From Bacteroidota bacterium (GTDB lineage: Bacteria > Bacteroidota > Bacteroidia > Chitinophagales > LD1): 52,173 bases of DNA. The position numbers and the translations under genes are program-made. Shown piece after piece: positions 1 through 7,788 of the stretch (position 1 is the first letter of the stretch; each line of letters opens with the position of its first letter). The notes under the pieces are model-generated. The model saw only the letters and a list, made by a program, of their open reading frames with translations. It had not been told where the DNA came from and made no database searches. Where the stretch lies: the NCBI GenBank assembly GCA_947461105.1, contig CANHIG010000003.1, positions 1 to 52,173 of the forward strand, read 5' to 3'.

Positions 1-17
1 GATTTTACATCAGCCAT
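1..17 (-). CDS. 5' end of a gene running off the window (MADVK...), possibly ribosomal protein L7/L12
   Basis: ATG GCT GAT GTA AAA on the minus strand from 17, preceded by an A-rich leader and a consensus promoter. Only 5 codons are visible, so the identity is a guess. Confidence 0.35.
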
Positions 18-88
18 TTTAATATGTATTTATTGGTTTTAAAAGATTTTTTAATCCGCCTTGGAAGCTCCTTTCGGAAAACGGAACG

Positions 89-119
89 CAAATGTAGTAT
101 TATTTTTCAACATTTCAAA
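89..119 (-). promoter_or_regulatory. Bacteroidota sigma70 promoter, TTTG-N19-TACATTTG
   Basis: Minus strand: TTTG at 119-116 and TACATTTG at 96-89 with a 19-nt spacer, an exact consensus match. Confidence 0.7.
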
Positions 120-301
120 TGTGGAATTGCTTTTTAAAGAAAAACAACCAGACGAATCAACTTAAATTAATACAACCTATTGATTATAAATAATTTATGT
201 CTTTTAAACCTCAGTTTCGATATGTTATAAAAACTAATTTGATTTTGCAGCAAAGCAATAATAGCTTTACCTTCACGTTTGAAAACCCAAAAGTAAGAAT
301 A

Positions 302-1105
302 ATGAAAAAATTAATATTTGCGTTGTTTATCACCGCTGCCCCTTTTGCAGGCAAAGCCCAAATAGGCAATTTCGAAGAAGTCGTTTATCTGAAAAACGGT
401 AGCATATACAGAGGAGTGATTGTGGAAGAAATTCCCGGCAAATCCATCAAACTTTTAACTCGTGACCAAAACATCATCGCTTTCCAACTGGATGAGGTAG
501 AAAAGCTTACTAAAGAAAGACCTACTCAAAATTATTTCAAGCAAAATCAGGGAGATGCCGCTCCGCTTCGTGAAAAAACTAAATTCAATACCAAGTATAA
601 ACCGGGTGGCGTGTATTTGCTGGTGGGTTTTAACGGAGGCGCGCACCAGATAGGCGGTGGTGTGGGAATTGAAATGGATTTGGGGTACAAGATTTTTCCG
701 AAGAAAAAGGAATGGAAAAAGAAAGTGATGTGGGGCGGTGATATATTCGGTTTTGCTACCGTACAAGGTTTCCCTTTTGTAGGAACTAACTTTCAGGCAG
801 GAATTAACGGAGGCGCATCTATGGCACTTCGATTTGGCAAAGCAAACTATTTCTATGTGACTCCATACACAGGGCTAAACGTTATTACTGCCTCTCATCG
901 CGATGAATATTATGATGATTACTCAGGAGGCTATGTAAGAAGACAAAGAAGAGATTTTGGAGCAGCCATCCCCATTGGTCTTAAACTGGAGCTTACTTTC
1001 AGAAAGTTCTATTTCGGAAACAACACCAGCCTGGGCGGTTCTATCACCACAAGTGGCGGTGGCGGCTACTTCAGAACAGGTCTTTACCTTGGGGTGAAGT
1101 TCTGA
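302..1105 (+). CDS. Secreted/outer-membrane protein with an N-terminal small beta domain (VYLKNGSIYRGVIVE) and a C-terminal beta-barrel
   Basis: ORF 197..1105; the likely start is 302 (MKKLIFALFITAAPFAGKAQ signal peptide). Gly/aromatic beta-strands end in the barrel-type signature GLYLGVKF. Confidence 0.7.
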   Translation: MKKLIFALFITAAPFAGKAQIGNFEEVVYLKNGSIYRGVIVEEIPGKSIKLLTRDQNIIAFQLDEVEKLTKERPTQNYFKQNQGDAAPLREKTKFNTKYKPGGVYLLVGFNGGAHQIGGGVGIEMDLGYKIFPKKKEWKKKVMWGGDIFGFATVQGFPFVGTNFQAGINGGASMALRFGKANYFYVTPYTGLNVITASHRDEYYDDYSGGYVRRQRRDFGAAIPIGLKLELTFRKFYFGNNTSLGGSITTSGGGGYFRTGLYLGVKF

Positions 1106-1275
1106 GCTGAAACCTTTAGTACAATATCTCAGAATTAGAGTTACACGAGCCATGAAGATTGAGTATGGAAAATATCAATTAGAAAATTTTTTATTTGCTT
1201 TTTTTTATATATTCGTATTAAGTCTGGTGCTTGAAATTCCAAAATCAATTCATTAACCAATAAAAACTAACAACT

Positions 1276-2376
1276 ATGGCTTCTACACCAAATCCATCGC
1301 TTTTAAAGTATGTTAACCCATACACCCCAATTGCTCCAAAGTATTCTGAGGGGCTTAATTCAATTGTTGCCACATTGGCACCTTTATATCCAAACCAAAC
1401 TATTGACGACCTTGTGAATGCAGTTTACACTTATGTTACCACTACATATTCTCAAACACCTAGCCCAATAGAGGAGCAAAATTTTAAGTCATTAATATAT
1501 TCGTTGATAAATGGATATTTAAATTATCAGCTTGCCTACTCCACAAAACAAATGGATTTTATACACAAACTAATTGGAGGTACTCTTGCCAACGGCAATC
1601 CAGAAAATATACTGTGGCACATTTTAGATGTAGAAGAACAAATTGCGCAAAGTAATTTAACTACAATAGAGCAATCACCATTATTATACGCTACAGCTGT
1701 TGGTAAAGCAGCTTACAATTATTGGTCAGCAGTTGTAACTAGTCCAGAATCATGGAATGACTTTATCACATCGTTTACTCCTTCAATTATAAAATTTCCA
1801 TACTGGGTTGCAAGCTCTATGCAGGGTGTTTTAATAGGTATTAACCTGTTAAACTCAGTTGATGACAACATTGAAAAAACCTTACAAACTGTATTTCAGT
1901 TGCAAGGTTTTGAAGCATTAGCCTCTTTATACGGGTCTTTAAGTATTGGTGCAGGAAAGGTGGTATTTAATTGGCAACAGAAAGAAATTTTTGCTCAAAA
2001 AATCAACACAGGTAATGGTCCTGTACCAAACGCAGTAGTTAATATTCGCTTTTTGTGGGGTACCTATCGCGGTCAAAATAGAGGTTGTGAGCCAAGTTGG
2101 GGATTATGCGGCATAGATATTGGTTTTTTACATCCTACAAATGATTCATCTAGTGGGTCTGCACAAATATTAGAAGGCAAATTACATATCCATATAAATG
2201 CTGGAGATGTTCCAGCAAAATATGCAGAACAGATTGCAAGTAAAGTAATACCTGTTGCAAATAATATTCAGCTATCACCAGAAATTTGCAAACAACTTGG
2301 TGTTTGTAGTTATACTATTAATGCCGGGAATTATAATTTCACTTCATGTTGTGACGGCTACAGCTTCATATTCTAA
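1276..2376 (+). CDS. Hypothetical two-domain protein (helical N-domain plus Cys-containing C-domain), no signal peptide
   Basis: 366-aa ORF, A-rich leader before ATG, low GC. The C-domain motif is GCEPSWGLC...LSPEICKQLG...INAGNY. Confidence 0.75.
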   Translation: MASTPNPSLLKYVNPYTPIAPKYSEGLNSIVATLAPLYPNQTIDDLVNAVYTYVTTTYSQTPSPIEEQNFKSLIYSLINGYLNYQLAYSTKQMDFIHKLIGGTLANGNPENILWHILDVEEQIAQSNLTTIEQSPLLYATAVGKAAYNYWSAVVTSPESWNDFITSFTPSIIKFPYWVASSMQGVLIGINLLNSVDDNIEKTLQTVFQLQGFEALASLYGSLSIGAGKVVFNWQQKEIFAQKINTGNGPVPNAVVNIRFLWGTYRGQNRGCEPSWGLCGIDIGFLHPTNDSSSGSAQILEGKLHIHINAGDVPAKYAEQIASKVIPVANNIQLSPEICKQLGVCSYTINAGNYNFTSCCDGYSFIF

Positions 2377-2381
2377 ATTAC

Positions 2382-2954
2382 TTGATTAGATTGAAGAGTT
2401 TGTTAAAAGGAATCCTTAGCATAGTAGCAGTAATTCTACTGCTACTATGTTTAGTTACTGTAATTTTTTATTACGTGACTGGTATAAGCTACTTTGCTAT
2501 AGCTAAAACTTATACAAAAAGTGAAATTGAAGAAATAGCCAAAACTTACAAAAGTTCAGAGGTGTTTTTGATTAGGCCGAAATATTTTATCCAGTACGGG
2601 AAAGGTCATTTTCCAAAGTACAAAATTTATAACCCTTCTGGATTACAGATAAATGTTTATGCTTGTTATGAATCGCTACCCACTTTACCAGTTTTTATCA
2701 AGAAAAAATCAAATGATATTCTAGTTAATCAGACTTTTGAAAACGAGTTATTAAAAAGTAGAAATTTAAATTCAGACAGTATCAACGCACAGAGTACTTT
2801 TACTCAAGGTAAATACAACATGATATTCTATTACAAAAATGCAATGGATAGAATACAAAAAAAACAATTACACAATGTTCTTATCGGTAACCTTGGAGAT
2901 TTCAAAGATAGTTTAAATGTGATTTTTATAAATGTTGACAGAGTTAACTTCTAA
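2382..2954 (+). CDS. Hypothetical membrane-anchored protein, possibly with a degenerate thioredoxin-like C-terminus
   Basis: 190-aa ORF starting 5 nt after the upstream stop, with a strong N-terminal TM helix and a C-terminal YNMIFYY...VIFINVD pattern. Confidence 0.65.
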   Translation: MIRLKSLLKGILSIVAVILLLLCLVTVIFYYVTGISYFAIAKTYTKSEIEEIAKTYKSSEVFLIRPKYFIQYGKGHFPKYKIYNPSGLQINVYACYESLPTLPVFIKKKSNDILVNQTFENELLKSRNLNSDSINAQSTFTQGKYNMIFYYKNAMDRIQKKQLHNVLIGNLGDFKDSLNVIFINVDRVNF

Positions 2955-2970
2955 ACTCATATTCCCAACT

Positions 2971-3012
2971 GTCTGTAGTCTGAAGCAAAGCCATTGCGCT
3001 GTGACTACAGAC
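2971..3012. repeat. Inverted repeat/hairpin (REP-like or terminator) between convergent genes
   Basis: GTCTGTAGTC (2971-2980) and its exact reverse complement GACTACAGAC (3003-3012), with an inner GCAA/TTGC pairing. Confidence 0.6.
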
Positions 3013-3090
3013 TCAAATCAACTAAATCATTAAACCTTCAAATGTCATTTTTTTCCGTAGTCGCCTGCCACTTTACAGATAGAGGCTAAA

Positions 3091-3789
3091 TCAGCATATC
3101 AGCAACAACCTTTTCTGTCCGGTTTTTTCTTTTGGTGCACGGTGCACACATGGAAGCACTTCGCTCTCAGGATGATCAACTGCTAATCGCCATAAGTTTC
3201 CAATGCCTAAGCTGACAGGTTGTGCAGTTGGTTTTGCATTATAGTGTAGGTCAAAGAAATGTTCACTCAAAAATGATTCAAAACCTTCATCCGCTCCGTG
3301 ATATAATTTTTTGAGCTCAGCCCGAATTTCGGGAACAAGCACTTTTTGTATGGCTTCTGAACTAGGCAATATTTCACTCGACTCGCCATAGTAAGTACAT
3401 AAAAAAGTATCGGTTGGTACAGGAGAGCGATCCACATGAAAAGAATACACATCGGTTGGGAAAAACGGGTGGGCATCATCCCGCTCATAACACCTGATTA
3501 CATTCAGGATTGGAGATGCGCCATGCGCTTTCAATAGCTTCAGGTCTTGCAAAATAATTTCTCGGGCAAGCTGTCCCTGCTCACTTAATAGAAGAGAGAG
3601 AAGCTCATCCTCATAAATTTCTGCTATATTTTCGTTTAGTGCTATCTTGTTTACAATTTCAGAAAAATCACCTGTGAGTGTTCGGGTCCAGCAAATTGCA
3701 TTCATTGCTCCGCGAAAAGGAGTGGTAACAAGGTCTTGAAAATTAGAAACACAGTGAATTTGATGTTCAGTTTGAGATAAATCTGTCAT
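3091..3789 (-). CDS. DUF1826-like protein (putative Fe/2OG-type fold)
   Basis: Motifs FHVDRS, LCTYYG, VHRAP and RLLL, recognised as typical of DUF1826. Confidence 0.75.
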   Translation of the reverse strand: MTDLSQTEHQIHCVSNFQDLVTTPFRGAMNAICWTRTLTGDFSEIVNKIALNENIAEIYEDELLSLLLSEQGQLAREIILQDLKLLKAHGASPILNVIRCYERDDAHPFFPTDVYSFHVDRSPVPTDTFLCTYYGESSEILPSSEAIQKVLVPEIRAELKKLYHGADEGFESFLSEHFFDLHYNAKPTAQPVSLGIGNLWRLAVDHPESEVLPCVHRAPKEKTGQKRLLLIC

Positions 3790-3799
3790 AACAATTATT
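3776..3799 (+). repeat. 24-bp direct repeat, left copy (GATAAATCTGTCATAACAATTATT)
   Basis: Identical to 6260-6283. Contains the DUF1826 start codon (CAT at 3787-3789). Confidence 0.95.
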
Positions 3800-3903
3800 G
3801 ATAACGCCCGACCGTGAAAATACTATTCAAACCGGAATAACTGCTATTTTAAAGAGCCTGAGTCGTTATTGTATGTCTTGAAATTAAAACTTAATATTAT
3901 AGT

Positions 3904-6177
3904 ATGAAACAACTTTTAGCTATTGCTCTTCTTTTATTTTTTCGCAGCATATCTGCACAAGAGTATAACCCTGTAGCCCATGAAAAAGCAATAGTTATAA
4001 GCGGTAAAGCCCGCTTTACTGTTTTAACTGATGGTTTGATACGAATGGAATATTAGCCCGATTCCGTTTTTTGTAATCAGGCATCGCTAACTTTCGTGAA
4101 TAGAAACACACGCGTGCCTTCGTTCCAAGTGAAACATGAAAACGGAAAACTTATCATCACTACTTCGCTACTTACCTTAACTTATACTGAAAACAGCAGT
4201 GGGTTTACTTCTAAAAATCTGCGTATTGATTATAAAGATGCTGCCCGCAATTTTAGTTGGAAGCCGGGAGTGAAAGACCACAAAAATCTGAAAGGCACTA
4301 CGCGCACGCTTGATGGAGTGAGTGGCACGTTTAGTTATCAAACCATGAAAAAGATAAAACTGGAAGATGGAATTATTTCGCGCAGCGGCTGGGCTTTAGT
4401 GGATGATTCTGAAAAACCATTGTTTGATAACAGCGAATGGCAATGGGTAGAAGCGCGTAAAAATACTGGGCAGGATTTTTATTTTTTCGGTTACGGAAAC
4501 AACTACAAAAAAGCATTGTTTGATTTTACGCAAGTAGCAGGTAAAATTTCGCTGCCACCTAAATACACCTTCGGTGTTTGGTATTCACGTTACTGGAATT
4601 ACACCGAAGCAGAAATGAAAGACATTGTAAATGGCTACGAGAAAAACGATTTGCCGCTCGATGTACTGGTAGTGGATATGGATTGGCACATCACCGAAAA
4701 ATCTAGCCCGGAAATTTTCAGCCATGCAAATCCAAAACCCAATGGCTGGACAGGTTTTACCTGGGAGAAGAAATATTTTCCCGATTACAAAGGGTTTTTG
4801 AAATGGACAGATGAGAACCACTTGCAAACATGTTTAAACCTTCATCCCGCTGAAGGCGTGCAGGCACATGAAGCTGCTTATGATACTTTTGCAAAAGCCA
4901 TGAATGCTGATACTTCAAAGCACGCTGCCATTCCTTTCGACATTACGAACAAAAAATTTGCAAATAATTATTTCGATGTGTTGCTGCATCCTTATGAAAA
5001 AGCGGGTGTAGATTTCTGGTGGCTGGACTGGCAGCAGTGGGGCGGCACCAACATCAAAGGTGTGAACCCTACTTTCTATTTAAACTATGTGCACTATAGC
5101 GATATGCAGCGGCAAGGCAAGCGTCCGCTTATTTTCCACAGATGGGGCGGCTTGGGTAATCATCGTTATCAAATTGGTTTCAGTGGCGATTACTTTATTA
5201 ATTGGAAAGGCCTCTCGTATCAACCGGAGTTTACTTCAACGGCTGCCAATGTTGGTTTTGGATTCTGGAGCCATGACATTGGAGCGCACATGGGCGCATC
5301 GAAAAAAAATAAGCAAGATGCCGAGCTGTATACGCGCTGGGTACAATGGGGCGCGTTCAGTCCCATCTTCCGCACACATGCCACTAACGATAAAGAAATT
5401 GAAAGACGCATGTGGCTGTATCCGAAAGAAAATTTGGATGCCATGCGAAACGCTTTACAGTTGCGCTACTCGCTTATTCCGTATATCTATACTTATTCGC
5501 GTATGGCGTATGACAGTGGCGTGTCGCTCATTCGCCCTATGTATTATGAATATCCTGACAATGAAAAAGCATACAACGTTCCGCATCAATATTATTTTGG
5601 CAGCAATATGATTGCCGCACCGGTTCACCAAAGCATGAATGGAAATACCACAGCAACACAAACTGTTTGGCTGCCTGAAGGCAACTGGTATGATTACACT
5701 ACACAAGAATTAATAAAAGGCGGAAGAAATTTCACCGCCACATATTCCTTGAATCAAATTCCGTTGTTTGTAAAAGAAGGAAGCATCATACCCTCGCAAA
5801 CAAAAAAGCACCGCATTACCGGCAGCGTTATAGATACACTTACGCTCACCGTTTATGCTGACACCTCTGCCGAATTTAACTTATATGAAGACGATGGAAC
5901 CACAGAAGGATACAAAAGCAATGAATTTTCCTTTACTGCTTTCAGGTATACCAAAAATTTGACAGGAGCTGCGTTTACTATTCAACCGGATGGCAAACAA
6001 TACAGCGGCATGATTACCGAAAGATGCTACGAAATAAATTTGCCGTATGGCACAAAACCAAATTCAGTTACCAGCAACGGAGCAAATACAAATTGGAATT
6101 ATGATGAAGTGACAAAGCAACTCAATGTTCATTTAGCTAAAGACAAAATGGAACAAATCACTGTTCAAATAAACTGA
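3904..6177 (+). pseudogene. GH31 alpha-glycosidase with a DUF5110-like C-terminus, interrupted by an in-frame TAG at 4054-4056
   Basis: From ATG 3904 the frame reads MKQLLAIALLLFFRSISAQEYNPVAH...ARFTVLTDGLIRMEY*PDSVFCNQASLTFVNRN and is continuous with ORF 4096..6177. GH31 motifs DMDWH, FWWLDW, GFSGD, HDIG and LYEDDG are present. Confidence 0.85.
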
Positions 6178-6259
6178 TGTCGTTATTACGATTTTCAGGC
6201 TCTTAGTGTTTTGGATATTCCCTTTTTGCACGAGTGGAAAACACCTCACGCTATCGGAG

Positions 6260-6283
6260 GATAAATCTGTCATAACAATTATT
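6260..6283 (+). repeat. 24-bp direct repeat, right copy
   Basis: Identical to 3776-3799. Lies 40 nt downstream of the speA stop. Confidence 0.95.
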
Positions 6284-6323
6284 TATTCCATCACCAAATT
6301 ATCAGCTCATCACCAAATCGTTC

Positions 6324-7715
6324 TCAGTATCCCAAAATCTTCAACATACTCTCTGCCGTTTGCTCTTCGGCAAAAACTTTGTACGTAAATTTCCCTTTTA
6401 CTTCATCTACCAAAATATGAGGTGGTGAGGGTAAGAGACAATGTTTGATACCGCCATATCCGCTGAGTGTGTCCTGATAAGCTCCAGTATGAAAAAATCC
6501 AATAATGAGGTTTTCCCCCTCCTTAATCTCAGGAAGGTAAACCTGATTGATATGCGCATCGGAATTATAGTAATCGCCCACATCGCAAGTGATACCGCCC
6601 AAATTTACTTGCTTATATTGTCTGTTCCACATATTCACCGGCAGCATGATAAAGCGCTGCGACAAGCCCCAAATGTCGGGCAAATTATTCATCAGCGAGC
6701 CATCAAGCATATACCAGGTTTCGCGGTCATTTTGCTGTTTTTTACCGAGTACGGAAAATATCACTGCCCCCGATTCACCCACTGTATAGCTGCCAAACTC
6801 AGTGTAAATATGCGGTTCTTCCACACCTTCTTCTCCGCACACGTTTTTAATCTGAGTTACAATTTCATTAATCATATACTCATAATCAAAATCAAAAGCC
6901 AATGATTGCTTAATCGGCATTCCTCCGCCAAGATTTATGGAATTCAAATCAGGACAAATCTTTTTGAGTTCAACATATATTTTCAATGCCTTGTGAAACT
7001 CTGTCCAGTAGTAGTTTACATCCTTGATTCCCGTATCTATAAAAAAGTGGAGCATTTTCAATTTATACTTCGGGTTGTCCATTATTTTTTGCTGATAATA
7101 AGACACCACATCATTTGCCCTAATGCCAAGACGCGAAGTGTAGAACTCATACTTTGGCTCCTCCTCTGCTGCTATGCGCATTCCTAATTGAAGCGGCTCA
7201 TCAAGCAGTTGATATTTATCCAACTCTGCAATGTTGTCTAATACCGTGATTACATTTTTGTAGCCTTGTTTGATGGCATTGATAATATTGTCCTGATAAA
7301 TCTGCGTTTTATAGCCATTGCAAATGATTTGAATGTCTTTATTCAGTTTTTTCTTTGTCTCCAGTTTTTTAATCAATTCAAAATCGAAGGCAGAAGACGT
7401 TTCTAAAAAGACTTTGCTCTTTAATGCCTCTTCAAGCACAAATGAAAAGTGAGAACTTTTAGTGCAATAGCAGTAATAATAATTTCCTTTATAATCCAAA
7501 TTGGCAATAGATGAATTAAACAGCCTGCGAGCCTTTTGGATTTGCTGACCAATTTTCGGAAGATAAGTAAGCCGGAGCGGAGTGCCATATTTCTTTACGA
7601 TATCCATCAATGGCAGATTATTAAACAAAAGCGAATCATCTTCCACTTTAAATTCCTTTTGAGGGAAATCGAAAGTCTGCTCAATAAGCTCTTTGTACTT
7701 GGGGTTGTTGTGCAT
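6324..7715 (-). CDS. speA: Arginine decarboxylase (short Bacteroidota type, PLP-dependent)
   Basis: YCYCTKSSH (PLP Lys), FYTSRLGI, INLGGG, TEFG, GGITCD and HTGAYQ motifs. Confidence 0.85.
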   Translation of the reverse strand: MHNNPKYKELIEQTFDFPQKEFKVEDDSLLFNNLPLMDIVKKYGTPLRLTYLPKIGQQIQKARRLFNSSIANLDYKGNYYYCYCTKSSHFSFVLEEALKSKVFLETSSAFDFELIKKLETKKKLNKDIQIICNGYKTQIYQDNIINAIKQGYKNVITVLDNIAELDKYQLLDEPLQLGMRIAAEEEPKYEFYTSRLGIRANDVVSYYQQKIMDNPKYKLKMLHFFIDTGIKDVNYYWTEFHKALKIYVELKKICPDLNSINLGGGMPIKQSLAFDFDYEYMINEIVTQIKNVCGEEGVEEPHIYTEFGSYTVGESGAVIFSVLGKKQQNDRETWYMLDGSLMNNLPDIWGLSQRFIMLPVNMWNRQYKQVNLGGITCDVGDYYNSDAHINQVYLPEIKEGENLIIGFFHTGAYQDTLSGYGGIKHCLLPSPPHILVDEVKGKFTYKVFAEEQTAESMLKILGY

Positions 7716-7776
7716 AGCGTAAAATTAATCCGACACAAATAACGGAAAAAGGCGACACATTTAGTCCAAAAAAATA

Positions 7777-7784
7777 TAAGTTTG
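7777..7784 (+). promoter_or_regulatory. -7 promoter box of argS (TAAGTTTG)
   Basis: Exact TANNTTTG 4 nt before the ATG, implying a very short or leaderless mRNA. Confidence 0.55.
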
Positions 7785-7788
7785 ACCC

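Larger units (their letters stand above)
3776..6283. mobile_element. Putative non-autonomous integrated cassette carrying a GH31 gene
   Basis: 24-bp terminal direct repeats, inverted arms (AAGAGCCTGA 3852-3861 / TCAGGCTCTT 6195-6204) and an inner 9-bp direct repeat GTCGTTATT (3862-3870, 6179-6187). No recombinase is encoded. Confidence 0.6.

Noticed and set aside
197-301. N-terminal extension of the first ORF (likewise 32183-32359, 26469-26510, 28538-28558, 49785-49811)
   Set aside because: Signal peptides, promoter-like boxes or overlap with neighbouring genes point to the downstream ATG starts.
3799-3871. Canonical integron attC site (ATAACG...CGTTAT)
   Set aside because: The ends do not fit RYYYAAC/GTTRRRY, the inner L boxes do not pair, and there is no integrase in the window.
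4054-4056. Genome-wide TAG recoding or pyrrolysine
   Set aside because: TAG terminates murG, rsmH and the PorP gene at expected positions, and no pyl genes are visible.
5087-5611. Alternate-frame and antisense ORFs inside long genes (e.g. 5087..5611, 6441..6905, 10140..10592, 25517..26053, 37580..37972)
   Set aside because: They overlap well-supported genes almost entirely and show no recognisable motifs.
3776-6283. 24-bp repeats as a CRISPR array
   Set aside because: Only two copies 2.5 kb apart with a gene between them, and no cas genes.
6289-6318. Tandem CATCACCAAAT 11-mers
   Set aside because: Only two short copies downstream of speA; no function can be supported.
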